64,000 nucleotides of DNA from Octopus vulgaris (taxonomy: Eukaryota), in assembly GCA_951406725.2 (NCBI GenBank), contig OX597816.1, positions 97,278,001 through 97,342,000 on the forward strand. Direction: 5' to 3'. The notes beneath the pieces are model-generated. The model did not search any database. It saw nothing but the letters and a program-made list of their open reading frames with translations, and was not told the origin of the DNA. This document shows, in pieces, positions 27,139-41,499 of this stretch. The position numbers were made by a program, and so were the translations under genes. Position 1 is the first letter of the stretch; the number at the start of each line of letters is the position of its first letter.

Positions 27139-28317
27139 TTCCGCTTCATCGGGGAATTACCTCCCTTTGCAGGTTTAGGGCACCGTGACGGTGTCGAGCC
27201 TTTCTGGTGACGTCGATGTTCGCCTGGGGCTAAATGCAACAGTAACACCCCCACCACCCTGCCCTGTCCCTAGCCATATTCAGATGGCTTTAGTCCCTTA
27301 TGTTATCGAGCAGTTACTGTCTATATCCCTTTTAGAGAATTATTATTGCATATTAAGAGGCTTAGATCAAAAAGTTTGAAAATTGAAGGTATATATTTAC
27401 TTCCAGCATGTCTGTGTATATAATGATAATATATGCTCACACACATGTGTATATATATATATATACACACACATACATACACGCACACACACACATGCAT
27501 ACATACACGCACACATACAACCACAAATACACGCGCGCGCACACGCACGTATGCTTACAGACATGAAACGAGACGTAATCCAAAGTGTTAATTGCATGTA
27601 TAAGAACATATGAACAGCATAACCAAATACAAATATGTCAAATACCATGGAATTTATCAAAGTTATTATTATTTGATTTGATTTATTAAAATTATTGCTG
27701 CCTCTAGATAATGTATCACAATTACCAAATAACAATGTAAGGTGGAGAGACTCTCAAAAGTTAAGCATTCACCAAAGCTGATTTGGCTCTAAGGGAAAAG
27801 ATATTTTCTGAAGGTATTAGGAATGTCGTGACACGTGTTTCTGCCCCTGTAGGTGTGATCAGCATATCCGTTGTTCTACTTAATTCAGGAGTCAAGCGAC
27901 TTAAACACATGATTATATAATTTTTTTTTTAAATGAACCTATTTATGTCCTAGTTAATTTGCATACTTTAAAGAAAATTTTAGACGTTAGAATTTTGAAT
28001 CGAACACCTTGCGGTTTTTGTACTGACTCTTTATGCTGAGTTCAGACACCAACGAAATCAACTTAAGGTTCATATTTTCGGGAACGAGAAATAAGTACAA
28101 ATCCAGGGCAGTTGTTCGCGAAATTGTTAGCGGATCAGCTAAAGATAAATGATTAGAAGGTACTTGGATGGAACTGAATTAGGTGAAGACACAGTATCGC
28201 GCTAAATCATATCCAGCATTCTAACACAGAATAAAGAACTAAATAATTTAATTCTGCTCTCAAAGCTTCAGCAGTCCTTAAGATACGTATTACACGAAAG
28301 TTAAAATAACTGATACT

Positions 28318-28500
28318 AATGTAGGAATGAGGTCATGACTTTTGAGAATGTTAGGTGATGCCATCGACCCCACTACTTGACTGGTATCTAATTCTATCGA
28401 CCATGGATGGATGACCGTCAAAATTGATTTTAACGTAATTAAACGTAAGACCTGGAACTAAGACTGCGACTTATCCTTCTGACAGCTCTAATAATACTAC
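28318..28500 (-). mobile_element. Degenerate SINE family B copy
   Basis: atcgacccc..tact.gactggta..aatt.tatcgacc..ggatga..g.caaa pattern. Confidence 0.6.
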
Positions 28501-29710
28501 CATAAAAGTTATGATGATAGTGACTAAGATTGTATGTAGTCACTCGATGTGCTAGAAATAGCAAACAAATTTTTAAATTCCGCTATAATCTTTTTAAAAA
28601 ATGAGGGAAGACACATTGATTAACATATTCGGGAGTACATTATGCACAGTTTTGTCTTAATCCCATTTTTTCTTGAATATGTTATCGCTGGAATTAAATA
28701 ATGCAATATTATCGATAGTAAATTTAGACAAGCGTCCTTCATGCTTATTTAAACTAGTTATATTTAGTTATTCGGTAAACTAATATATCTATACTATAGT
28801 GATATCGCTCACATCCATCTCAAATTATATGATGATATCGCTCAGATTTATCCCCAAATAAATAAGATACACTTCAAAATTATTGCCAAACACATTTTAA
28901 AATTGTAATGCGAATACGATAAAGATATGAAGAATTGAGAATTCTGTTTTATTTAGGTTCACATCGAAACGTATTTATGTCCGATTCTTCATATGTTTAA
29001 TATGAATAAAATATTTTATTACTGTCTGGTCCTTGCCCCAATGTTATATCGCCATTACAAAAGTACAGAGGACTATACTGTTTGGTGTCTTCTCGCTATA
29101 CTTATTGATTTCTTTTTGCGTTATTAATCTTTACAATTAAATGTCGAAGAACAAAATCAATAAGGATAGCGACAAGACACAAAACTTCAGTCCTGAGTGT
29201 GTGTGTTTTGCCATGGAAGTAAAATATTTTAGCAGCAATCGAGGTATTAGCTGTAGACTTGAGAACAAAAAGAAAACAAGGAAAAAAGAAAAAAAAAACC
29301 TTAGGAAGCACCATCTGTTAACGTTCCAAAAGGGAAAAGAGTGTAAAGTTATAGAAGAAAGTGAGAGAGAGAAAGACCGAGTAAAAACAAAAAAGGGAAA
29401 AGCGAGAAGGAGAGACAAAGACACAGAGAAATAATTTATTTATAAAATGAATGGTCTTTTTTTGCCTCCTGGTTCTTATATTATTTACTTCGACATCTCA
29501 TGTATTATATTTTGATATTGTATATATTAGCACTGTCATATTTACTTAACATCAATCGATATTTCGGTCTCATATTTATTGTGATCAGATATTTCTTTCG
29601 ATATCCTATTTATTACACAAGAATGGTATTCTATCACTGCACTTCCGTTCGTATTCAATTGTATTTCAGAAAGAACTCGATTACAAATAGAGTTATGCTA
29701 ACATCGGCAC

Positions 29711-29772
<62 letters not shown>

Positions 29773-29904
29773 GTAGTAGTAGTAGTAGTAATGGTAGTAG
29801 TAGTAATAGATATACAGAACTATCGTCATCATCAACAAACATCATCAACAAAGACACTACTACAACTACAACAACAAAAATAATGACTACTACTAACAAC
29901 TCCT

Positions 29905-29971
<67 letters not shown>

Positions 29972-30364
29972 GATGATGATGATGACGACATGGGGACAGT
30001 GAAGAGGATACAAATATCAACTCCGTGGCTTTACATAGAAATGAATGATAAAAAATAATTTCATCCTGAAATGTAAATGTACATGATATGCAATATATAA
30101 CTTATACATACATACATACATACATACATACATACAAATTTATATATAGATATACACATCTATATCTATAATATACATATTTATATGTGTATATACATAT
30201 GCCCTCTCTCTCTCTCTCTCCCTTGCTCTCTGTCTCTCAAATATATATACACACATGCACATGCACACACACATATAAAGTGTGCGATGGGAAAATGGTC
30301 GCCATTTTTCTTCTTTTATTTCGCACATGGGTATTGTTTGCTTTTGATTTTGTCGACTACACAG

Positions 30365-30875
30365 TATATTAGGGTCAGTTGGGCACCGTCTGTAAGAAAA
30401 ACAGTACCATGATACAATTCACTCTACCAGAAATTTGGTAACGACATGCTGTACTGCTTGGCATTCGCGTCGGAGGCTCTAATATAAACATTTCAGATTC
30501 GTTGAGTGCCAATCTGAGGACAGTGCTATGTGAGGACATATACCGAGAGTGATAAAAATCAAACATCCAGTCAACATCATGATGTTTGGCGTGAATACTA
30601 GTGATTGTGACGTTATACCTCAAATCATCTTCGCACAAGGCCTCACACTCAACACGGAGACCTACATCAAGTGCCTGGAGGAGGTAGCGCTGCCCTCGGT
30701 CAAGAGGGTGTCTGCTGGAAGACCTTATGTCTGGCAACAGGACTCTGCATCATGCCACACAAGCAGAAGAACCCAATTTGGCTGTTAGGCAATTTCTGCG
30801 ACCACATCATACCTAACATCTGACCACCTAACTCCCCAGACTGCAACCTCATTTTGCAGTTGAGTGAGAGAGCAA
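30365..30875 (+). mobile_element. maT/DD37D-like Tc1-mariner transposase fragment
   Basis: KHPVNIMMFGV...LNTETYIKCLEEV.LP.V.....RPYVWQQDSASCHTS...PPNSPDCN. Confidence 0.8.
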
Positions 30876-30899
30876 CACACCTCGCACCTAATCAGAGAT

Positions 30900-31479
30900 T
30901 AGCATTAGGTCTGAGAGAGTTCGGTTGATGCAGTGGACAGCGCTGTCACCCGACCTAAATCCCAACAAAGATCTTTGGGGAAGGTTGGATAGAGCTGTGC
31001 AAAGTAGTAAGCCAAAGAATAAGGATGATTTTAAAAGAATTATTAGCTAAAATTGGGAAAACATCTCAGGAACAGTGATAAATGATTTGAACAATTCTAT
31101 GTTTCCCAGATGCAAAGCTGTATTATGTAATTTTGGATACCCAACCAAATGCAGATTGTGTGAGCGTATTGTTTTTTTTGTTTTTTTTTTGTTGATCTCA
31201 GCATAAACATTTTAAAGCAAAAAAAAAAAAAAAAATTATGAAAGTTTACAAATTGTTCTTAAATTAAATGGTGCTATAAATTACGATAATTAAGGTTTAT
31301 TTTTAATTCAAAATTAATATGATGCTAGGCTGCAAAGTTGTATACTATATATGTAATTTTCTCGTGAAATTTTCTTTATTTTGATATACATCTTAATTAA
31401 TAATTTACAACTTGAATATATAAAAAATGCCATTTTAACATTAGTATACTAGGCGTTCTTAAATTAAATGGCGCCACTG
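30900..31479 (+). mobile_element. Tc1 3' fragment with right TIR
   Basis: W.ALSPDLNP..DLW..LDRAV...SM.PRC.AV....GYPTK; ends in ggcgccactg-TA. Confidence 0.7.
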
Positions 31480-32554
31480 TATGTGTTCCATCATGACCGT
31501 AGTCTCTTCACTGAAACAATTAAAAGACTAAAAGAATTTATATACATAAAATGACGATGTATTATAGATATAATGATGATACTATTCTGCTGATGTAGTA
31601 AGATACCTAGAGTTAATCAAGGATCTTCTTCTTTCTCATCCATCCAAGACTTGCCTGAATACCAAGGACTGGTGTTCGGTCTAGTTTTCGTACACTGTTT
31701 TTCAGGCTTAGAGCAGTCGAAGCCACTCTTACAATTTTCGCTACTTTCACCCATATTTCAACAAATTCACCCGGGAAATCACCTCGTTCTTCAGGTCACA
31801 TACCTTTTTAAATGAGCTTTAAATGAGTCGGTGACGGCACTTTTAAAGAGAAAATTCCCTGTCCATATACTTTCCAGCCGATGAGGCTGAAAGGTATAAG
31901 GGCAGTGTATAAAAACAGTCTCACGCATTATTGTAACAAGACCGAAGAAAATTACTTTCCTACACAGTTAAAAATGGGTATCATGGAAATCATCATCTTG
32001 GACTATGCTGGTAACCAGATCTGTTCTACAAGCAACAGGAAATTGGCAGCATAATTTCACAAATTAGCATTGCATGATATTTAGTGCTCGCATGAGTAAC
32101 ACCTTCCTATTTGCCTACTACAACATTTCTTACGTTTCCCTTTCCTTCATATAAATGAAGTCGCGGATTCATTAGAGACTTTTCAGGTGTTGTAACATTT
32201 CCACCTCTATTTTAATCATTGACCGGTTATCCTGAATAATTGATCATATGGTAATTATTTTAGTAAACTCTTCCAATATTATGCTGAAAGATTTAATATT
32301 CAATGTAGGCAGCACATTTGCGACTGTTATCTTATTTACAAGTTTCACTCAAAATGTCCGTATTAATAAATATTCCTCCGAAGAGCTCGTTTTATCAGTT
32401 ATTTTCTTAGCTTCCTCTTCACTCAGACATGTAACTACCATCGCTCTATACGCTTTGCCTTTCCACGTATGCTATATCGGACCCCAAGTTTTTTTCAAGT
32501 ATTTCGCCGCCTGTACCGAGTGAAATTGTTAACTTTTCTTATTACTTTCTCTGA

Positions 32555-32941
32555 GTGGAGGCGCAATGGCCCAGTGATTAGGGCAGCGGACTCGCGGTCG
32601 TAGGATCGTAGTTTCGATTCCCAGACCGGACGTTGTGAGTGTTTATTGAGCGAAAACACCTAAAAGCTCCACGAGGCTCCGGCAGGGATGGTGGTGATCC
32701 CTGCTGTACTCTTTCACCACAACTTTCTCTCACTCTTACTTCCTGTTTCTGTTGTACCTGTATTTCAAAGGGCTGGCCTTGTCACTCTCTGTGTTACGCT
32801 GAATATCCCCGAGAACTACGTTAAAGGTACACGTGTCTGTGGAGTGCTCAGCCACTTACACGTTAATTTCACGAGCAGGCTGTTCCGTTGATCGGATCAA
32901 CCGGAACCCTCGTCGTCGTAACCGACGGAGTGCTTCCATCC
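32555..32941 (+). mobile_element. Full-length tRNA-derived SINE with TSD
   Basis: A box tggcccagtgatt and B box gtttcgattccc; 11-bp TSD ACTTTCTCTGA at 32544-32554 and 32942-32952. Confidence 0.9.
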
Positions 32942-33294
32942 ACTTTCTCTGAAATATCTTGAATTGTGGGTCCTTCTTCCAATAATTTCTTTCATGAGGT
33001 ATTTTCAGAAAATTTGGTCTTAAAATATATTATCATTTTCTTTTACTGAAATCAATGTCAAGTTTGGTTTCCGTTAAACCTTTCTGAAAATGTCATGCAT
33101 CAGTTATGTTGCTATTGTAAATGCTGGTGGCAGATTCACAATCACTGTCTTCGGTATTGTTAACATTCTGACTATTTTCAATTTTGCCTTTGGCTCTCCT
33201 TTTTTCAATGTTGTTGTTGTTCTTGTTCTCAAACTCTACAGTTGTGCTATCAGTGGAAGTCCTGTCAGTTGTGCTATGGGCTAATATAATAATG

Positions 33295-33361
<67 letters not shown>

Positions 33362-34191
33362 TAATAATGTTGATAATAATTGCCCTTATGCAGTACCAAA
33401 CAGTGGCTCTCATGGCTTCTCATCTTAACTGGCTGAAAGTGTTATCATGTACATTGTTTTGTCTTGGTGTAAAAGATGGGCTATGACAAATATTTTGCTC
33501 AACACCACAGATCTTTTTGTCAGTTGCTTGACCTTAACCAGTTGAGCATGTCCCTTTTCTTTTAAACTGCAGCCTGTTTTCTGTGAAAAATATACTGTAG
33601 TCCGACATCATCCTCAAAAGATGGTATCATCATATCTGAAGTGCTTTTGGACAGTGAAAGCGCCTATCTAGTTTAGGTTGAAAAGCAACCTAGCTTAGGT
33701 TGAAAAGCAAAGTCGACCTCGTACGAATAAATAACATAAGGAAGGACGAAATGCCGCTAAGCATTTTGTCCGATGTGCTAACGATTCTACTAGCTCGCCA
33801 CCTTAAAGGTCATTGATATTGAGATGAAGATTTAATTGGTATGTCGTTATCACCTCGACATAAACATTGAACATTATAATACAAACCCCCCAGCCAAAAA
33901 AAAAGCAAAAAGAAAGAAAAAGAAACGAAAAGTTTGAATGGTCAGAATATTAGAATTCATTTAACCATGTGTCTCCTCCAGCAAGACTGACCTGAATTGA
34001 ATTTACAGAAGTAATAACAGACATTCACACAAAAAAGCGAGCACACAAAAGAGGAATACACGCGCACATACACATATAGACATAGAATGATGAACAGTAA
34101 TACACACATGCAAACGACAAACAGATATATAATATGCATAACTTTATAGTCGCTTAATAACTGAAATGATATTACTATTTTACAGTCAGAT

Positions 34192-34274
<83 letters not shown>

Positions 34275-34296
34275 GTCTGTCTGTCTGTCTGTCTGC

Positions 34297-34388
<92 letters not shown>

Positions 34389-34939
34389 ATTTATGACAAG
34401 ACATCGCAAATATATTACTTCTTCACTGTGGGAGTTAGATTTACAGAATATTTTGAAAACATTCTCTGAAAATTTCTGATCTGTTAATTACATCTTATTA
34501 CTTCTTACACAGTGGGGGATTATGTTTCTTTTAGCTAGTGTTAATTCAGTGAATTTCTCCAACTCACAACGACTAACTATATCTTGAGAGTTTCTGTTTC
34601 TGGAAAACATATACACCGAGCTAATTTTGGCGCTCCAAGTCATTTGTAATGCTAGTCAATTTGTTTTGCCAGCGACTTATATGTGTGGGTATGTATGTAT
34701 TGTAGATATGTTTCTGTGTATGCATGCATTTATGTATATGTTTGCATATCTATCTACCTGTACGGCTGTGTGTGTGTCTTGGTGGGACCACGACGAGATC
34801 TTTGAAACTACAAAAGAAAAATATGTATCAGTACATGTTACAGTACTTGTAAGGACTATATGTGTGCGCGCGCTACTTCAATAGATATAATATAATAATG
34901 TAATATAAAATATGATAATATTATTATGTGAGCGTATAA

Positions 34940-35018
<79 letters not shown>

Positions 35019-35619
35019 TATATGTTAAATCGATTCCCAAAGCTGGCTATCCACAGTGAATGATGGTGATACTCAAATTAATGAAGCGTGTGTAGGTGCA
35101 AGTGAAGAACGATGTAAATAACTATATATATATAATCGAAATATGTTATTAAAAGAAAATAGAAACTACACGTGGAAATGTAAGGGGAAAGTTAGAAGAA
35201 AAATAAGCGAAAATGCACATTGGAAATCAAAAAAAGTAAAGGCCTTTATGAAAAGTAACGATAGATATATACAATTAGATTAACTGAAGTAGAAATAAAA
35301 GTAATAAAAGTCATTATTGTAAGTTGTTAAAGAGATTCAAAAGCATACCGGTTTCGTAAAATTACTGATCAATGCTTTGAATACATACCGATTACCGAAA
35401 GGTGTCGGGTCTACTAGTCCCCGAGTCATAAGATTATATGTAAGGGAGGTAAGTAGTTCTGGATTTGGTGCAATTAGGGTAGATATAGATCTGTAATGTG
35501 AATGGTGTATGGGATATATGGATGGTATTAATTGAAAGGTTAGTAGTGTTCAGTATTAAGTTATGTGTTCATATTGAGTTGTGGAAGATATTTATTGATG
35601 AAAGTTGCTTCTTTATTCA

Positions 35620-37800
35620 TTCTTTGTTGTACATTGATAGAAAGGGAAAATTAGGAAAGTTAGCTACTAACCTTTCCTCCTTTCTATTTTCTTCTAATGC
35701 TATTTCTTTGCAAAACTCCATCGATATTACTCTAATCTCTCTTTTGAGAGCTACACACCACCTGTTGTTGACGCCCCCACCTCGTCAACTTCTGCTTAAC
35801 TAAATTGCTGACCCGGTTCCTGTAAGCCTTACGTGCAAGAAACGACATGTTCAGCTTCTGGTAATTGGGTCCTAACCTACGTGTCTTATCTAGGTCGATC
35901 GTACAGATTACAGGCTTATGGTCTGTATACATGACCGTTTTAAAAGTGGACATCCTACACTATTACCTTGTCAAAATCCTATCAATATACGATCTAGATG
36001 ACCCTAAGCGGTTGGTCCAGGTCCATACTGGCGCATTAGAGGAATCTCATCGGTACCTGTCAGACAGTTGGAACTGGCTGATCAGTTGCTAGAGGCATTT
36101 GCAACCTTTCTTCTATCTGCTACTTCCACACAATCCCAGCATTGACCTAAGATTTCTTTCCAGTCCCCTACTAACAGTAAAGGGCGAGACATATCTAGAA
36201 AGGCTTCCAGACGCCTGAAGAAATTCGGCCGTTTGGTTCCGATAGGAGCGTCGACGGACACCAGTCTAAAGACAGTACCTTCACTATTGCTCACGTCCAG
36301 GACCACCAACTTCCCGTCCGGGTCCCGGAAGATCGACTTTACCGCGAGATCCAGTTCATTCATAAACAGCACTGCCACTCTACCTCCCATTCCAGGCCGA
36401 CTAACAGATACAAAGATCTGACAGTCGTCGAACATGAGGGACAGTGCGCGTGTATTGGAAATCCTTGTTTCCCTGACAGCAATTATATCCGGTTCTAGAG
36501 ACCTGAGGTCATTGAGCAGGCGCCCCTCCTTCCGAAGCGACTCCAGACCTCGAACAATTAAACATCCTACTCTGAATGTGGCCATGTTGGCAAGATAAAG
36601 AGAGAAAGGAAAGGTTTACTTACCTCCTGGTGTCATATGAAGATCGGGTTGTTCGACGTACCCAATTGGTGGGGTCTTTTTGGGGAACCCCTTTAAGAGC
36701 GTCAATGTAGGTCTCTGGTTCGGGGTTCCCACGTCCTTCGGAAAGCTCTCTCGAATTTTTGTGTAGGAACCCAGCGACATTCTCACCAGAAGTAAATCTG
36801 GAACGCGAAACGTATCGGATTCGGATATAAAGCACTCCCTTGTTTCAAATTCCGTGTTGTATGTTACGAATGCCAGCGGTTCCTCGTCGTCCCTTTTGAT
36901 AAGTACGAAATTGGGTTGTATCGTGTTCAATTTATTTGCTTGGCCGTAGTGGTGGTAGTTGTGTTGTTGTTGTTGTTTATGTGTGTGCTGTGAGTGTTGT
37001 GTCTGCAGTTTTAGATGTTTGTGTAAGTGTTTGTTCTTGTTTAGGTTGTTTGCGTTCGGGGCGTTCTGGTGATGGTAAGGGTATTGGTTGTGCTGGTGTT
37101 GGTGTTTTGAAGAGATGTTTGCGTGGGTGATGTCTATATTATTTATTCGGGGTGTTGTTATGCTTTGTGCAGTTTTTCTTTTGAGCTTTTTTTTTGGGAC
37201 CTTTTATTTTTCCTTCATTTTCACTATTGGAAGATGAATGGTCTGTTGCTGTGCGTCTGCGTGTATGTTTATAATCTTGTTTATGTGTGTATTTTTGTTT
37301 GGTGTGAGGGAGGTGGGAGAGCTTTCCTTGTTTCCCCTAGGGTGGTTAATGTCTTTGCTGTTGTTGCTGGTGGTTTTGTTGGTACGGGTGTTGTTTGTAG
37401 TCCTCGTCTCGGCGTAAGCAGCAGCTGGGGCCTTTGACTCCTTATACTTTGTATCAGCCCGTAAGTGTGTTGTTTCTCCACAAGCGAAACAATGCGGCCT
37501 TTTGCCCTCAGTTATGATGTGTATCATTGTCCCGTTCTGGAGACGGATGTGGTCCAGGATTTTTTTATGTTTTCGGCTCTGATCTGGAGCAGTATCTCCA
37601 GGCTACTGTATTTCACGACTTGGCTGTTCCATTCAGCGGACAAGCAATTTTTGTTCGCTATCTTTGATTTTGTCAAAAACATTAGGGGCATCTGAGCCCA
37701 AACAAATAACGTAGCCGCTAAAGGCTACAGGTGGAGAAGAACTAACCAGCTCCCCAAGGTCCTGATTTGTTTAACTACGTAACAATTACAAATGTACAAT
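35620..37800 (-). mobile_element. L1/Tx1-like LINE 5' part: ORF1 zinc knuckle and APE endonuclease
   Basis: ORF1 PHCFACGETTHL; ORF2 N-terminus MATFRVGCLIVRGL...DIIAVRETR...GGRVAVLF...LLLVGDW, then TDHKPV and YQKLN.SFL. Confidence 0.85.
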
Positions 37801-37900
37801 TTGTAACAATATGAATAATAAAAAAACTTACGGAGCGATGTGTAACACGCATCGATAGATGACGAATAATAATAATAACAACAACAACAACAACAACAAC

Positions 37901-37934
<34 letters not shown>

Positions 37935-39162
37935 TGAAGAAGAAGAAAATAACAAAGTGAAATAAAAAAATTATAAAAAGTAGATTTCTTCAAAATCTGA
38001 GGTGGGGGCTACTGATGATCACTTGTGGACTCTGCTTCCAAAAAGAAAAAAGCGCAAAAGAAACGAAATCGTCACCTTGACTTCTTCTGAGGCACCGCTT
38101 CTTGGCTATCGATAAGCAATTGCTTAGAGCAGACTCATTCATTCGGATTATACTCGCTACTCTCACCCATCTTTCAACAAATTTGCTGAGAGACATCAAT
38201 GTGAGTATGAATTGGACGTGTGTGTAGAAGAGACACACGGTTTGCTACCTCAGAATGATACAGTATTATTGCTGTAATGGTAGAGGAAGCAGAGATATAG
38301 TGGACAAAATATTTTTTCTTTTTATATCAGCACAAATTTTTAACTGTTATTCATCTGTCATTGAAGGGAGTTAAGTTATGAATGATATTAATCACTTTGA
38401 TCCTGAAAGAAGTAAATTAAGTTGACAAGCTTCAATTTGACAAGTGATAAAATATTGATTTAATGTCTCAGATGAGACTATGTTTAAAAGATTATATTTT
38501 TGGATTGTTAACCCATCTTTAGAGAAGACATTAATATTTACTGTACTACTTCTACACAAAAATCTATCGGTTTTGTTTCTCTTCATTATTAGGTGTTATA
38601 TTCCTGGATGAGTACAGGCATTCGAAATGGATTTGAACTAAGAATCATTTGTTTCTAAACAACGAATTCTTACTTTATATTCGACCTATACTTACACTCC
38701 TTTCTACACTTCACTAAACTTACATCCACTCGCATACAAACACACTTATATCACTGTGCTTTTCTTCGGCAGATGTTACACAGCAAAACCAGCTCCATTT
38801 AATTCCCCGAAAAACAACAACAAGCATCAATTAGCAGCTATCAAATTCTCTCTCTTCCTTATTACTACGAACACCAGAAAACATCAAAAAACGTGTAACC
38901 ATACGACACACAGAAGATAGAAATAGATAGTTACAAATATCTCTTCCATAGTCTTCCCAGCACATATAACAGGCATAGTAAAGAATATGAAACGATGCAT
39001 AAGGATAGAGAAACCATAGATATCATATTTGATCAAAAGAAATAAACTACACGGGTGTACAAACAACATATTATGTAAATCTTCTTGGACTAATTTTGTC
39101 CTACCTGGTCTGTTTTGCTGTTTTATTATTTTGGTACAGTAAGTAACAATAATAATCCTTTC

Positions 39163-39366
39163 TACTATAGGCACAAAGCCAGAAATTTTGGTAGAGGGTG
39201 TAAGTAAATTATATCGAGCCCAGTACTCGACTGGTACTTATTTTGTCGACTCTGAAAGAATATAAATCATAGTCGACGTCAGAAGAATTTGAACTCAGAA
39301 ATTAAAGACGGATAAAATACTGCCAACCATTTTGTTCGCTGAACTATTTTGCCAGGTTGCCGCCTA
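39163..39366 (-). mobile_element. SINE family B copy
   Basis: Reverse complement of the family B pattern (ctggtacttatttt.tcgac, aatttgaactcagaa). Confidence 0.8.
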
Positions 39367-40191
39367 AAAAATGACGTTAGTGGGTGATATAAACTATCAA
39401 ATCGCCAAATAGTCCTTCAACATGTCACTTTTACATATTTCTCCAATCCATTCTTCTGAAAAATATATACCAATCAAGTACTGGCGATGCTCTTTTCCTC
39501 TTCAGCTGTCACATCATAATGTTATGTGAACCCGCAGAGAATTTGTCTTTCGTCGCCACTACAACGGTATCAAAACAAAACGGAAACCATGACGCATGTT
39601 CCTAAATAATATTCGCTTGCAGATGATAACTGTGTTAAAAGTAGTAGTATATTACAATTACATGTTATCGACCTCATTTATATGTGTATGTATACCTATG
39701 TGTGTATGTGTGATTAAAATCAACGTCGACAACCCGAGAGATTTGAACTCAGAAAACATATAATAGCATAATTAAAATACTATTAAAATAAAGCGGAGAA
39801 GAACTACGTGAACCGGTTGATTTATGGACGTAAGTTAAAAAGAAAATGAAAACAAAATGTTCTTTGTGAGGTCACACCCATTAATAATTCAAATTATTAA
39901 AAAAAAACACGAGAGAAAAATTCAACTAACTGATAATTTTAGAGAGATAATGCTAGAAAGATAATTATAGCAGTCATTAAGATTATCTCCCCGAGGGCAA
40001 TGAATTGTTCAAAATATTCATTATCATTATAGCTGTAAATTCAACGCTTATTTATATCAGTATAATGAAGCATTTTATTTTCCATAATAATTATCTATGT
40101 GACTTTATTGTTAACCAGAAAATTATCTCAACACTCATGTCCTCGTGTCATTTTAACTGCACACATACACAAACACACTCACATACACATA

Positions 40192-41276
40192 CGAGGATGG
40201 GCTGAAAAGTTCATAGGCTGACTATGAAGGAGTAATGCTAGAGTAGTGAAATCCTGCATGCATTAATTTCAACATCTCTTAATAATAACCGCATTGTTTC
40301 TTTCAAAGTAACTGATACCTGGCTGTTCAAACAAGATTTCAAAATGAAATAGTATCGACTTTGGAAATGGTAAAATTTGCATTCTAGTTTTATCAATTAC
40401 CTGCAGAAAAAAAGGGTTTAGCTCTCAAAGGCATTCATGCTAATACGATTGCTAAATTATGGAATGACACTCTGTATTCCGTGAGAGAGTTGAGAATATT
40501 CTATATTATTATCTTGGTATTATGAATGTTTCTAATGTTAGATCCACCAAATCAAAAGCGCACCAGGCTGATCACTTGTCAGGAAAATTTGACATTGTTT
40601 GAGGACGATCCAGCTGGTTTTTTTGGAACGTTTCCTAACCCAGGACGAATGTCCCGTCGATCACTTTGAGCCAGAGACAAAGAGACAATCCATGCAGCGG
40701 AAACACCCCTCCTCATTTACACAAAAGAAGGCCAAGGTCGTTTCATCTGCAGAAAAGATGATGGCCTCAATTTTGGGGACGCGAAAAGCATACTTCTTAT
40801 TCACTATTTTCAAAAGAGACACACCGTTAATGGAGAGTATTATACAAACTTGCTGAAGCAGCTATGAAAGATCAAACGCCTACGAAAACTGGCGAAAGTG
40901 GTCTTATTTCCCCTGGACAATGCTCCAGCACACACGTGCTTCGTTTTAATGACTACTGCGCGTGAGTGTAGGTTTGAACTGGTTGATCACAATCCCCATT
41001 CTCCTGATTTGGCCCCATCTGATTATCATCTGTTCCCCAACAGGAAAAAACACTGGGCTGGGAACCAGTGTTGCAGTCATTATGACGTCATATCTGCTGT
41101 TGACGACTTTCATGACCAACAGGCTGAAAGCTTCTTTACTAATGGGAACGAAGCATTACAACACTGAGGGAAGGGGTGTGTGGACCGCAAGGGGTAATGT
41201 ATTAAAAATAAACCACATTTAGCCACATTCCACGAGAGTACCTTGGTCAGCCAAAATACTTTTCAGCCTACCCGCA
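40192..41276 (+). mobile_element. mariner (DD34D) transposon, internally deleted
   Basis: TIRs TA-cgaggatgggctgaaaagtt..ggctgac and gtcagcc..acttttcagcc..-TA; motifs TQDE..V.HFEPETKRQSM, DNAPAH, HNPHSPDLAPSDYHLFP. Confidence 0.9.
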
Positions 41277-41499
41277 TACATATATACAACACAAACCACT
41301 AATCAATGCTATTGATCTCTACGTGGTTCCCTCTTCCAGCTAGAAATATCAGTCGAATCTCTAGTAGATTACATCCTAGTATTTTACAAATGGAAGTACA
41401 CACTGGACAATATAGTCCTGGATATATAAAATTATAGAGACTGTCACTGGTGTTAACACTGTTCGATGAGGGCTGACCTTTGTCTAAATAACAATAACA

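Larger units (their letters stand above)
25654..27360. mobile_element. Non-coding hammerhead-ribozyme tandem/inverted repeat insertion (retrozyme-like or PLE pLTR multimer), 359-bp unit
   Basis: About 1.75 units on the minus strand (25663-26288) and about 3 units on the plus strand (26280-27349). Period is 359 bp (358 in the left arm). Only two differences between units were noticed. Flanked by direct repeat CATATTAAGAGG at 25654-25665 and 27349-27360. One hammerhead motif per unit. Confidence 0.88.
24618..27416 (-). mobile_element. Tc1-family DNA transposon (decayed), interrupted by the ribozyme repeat
   Basis: TIRs TA-cacaaacatgtaggaagtaaatagacacc and ggtatatatttacttccagcatgtctgtg-TA. Minus-strand transposase starts at ATG 25571 (MPRTKNSAEMSDFQRGHIFG...GRPGP) and has the C-terminal motif WPSQSPDMNPIENLW. 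Confidence 0.88.

Noticed and set aside
25654-27360. CRISPR array or centromeric satellite interpretation
   Set aside because: There are no unique spacers, the context is eukaryotic, and the short array is bounded by a TSD.
25704-27379. Repeated 61-94 aa ORFs inside the 359-bp units
   Set aside because: They start at non-ATG codons, have no recognisable domain, occur on both strands, are frameshifted in one unit, and are not conserved in the 51-kb homologue.
31868-31896. ccgatgaggctgaaag as a hammerhead
   Set aside because: It is a simple hairpin that lacks stems II and III and a properly placed cleavage triplet.
32557-32630. tRNA gene
   Set aside because: The tRNA-like head continues into a SINE body bounded by a TSD, and the acceptor stem is not intact.
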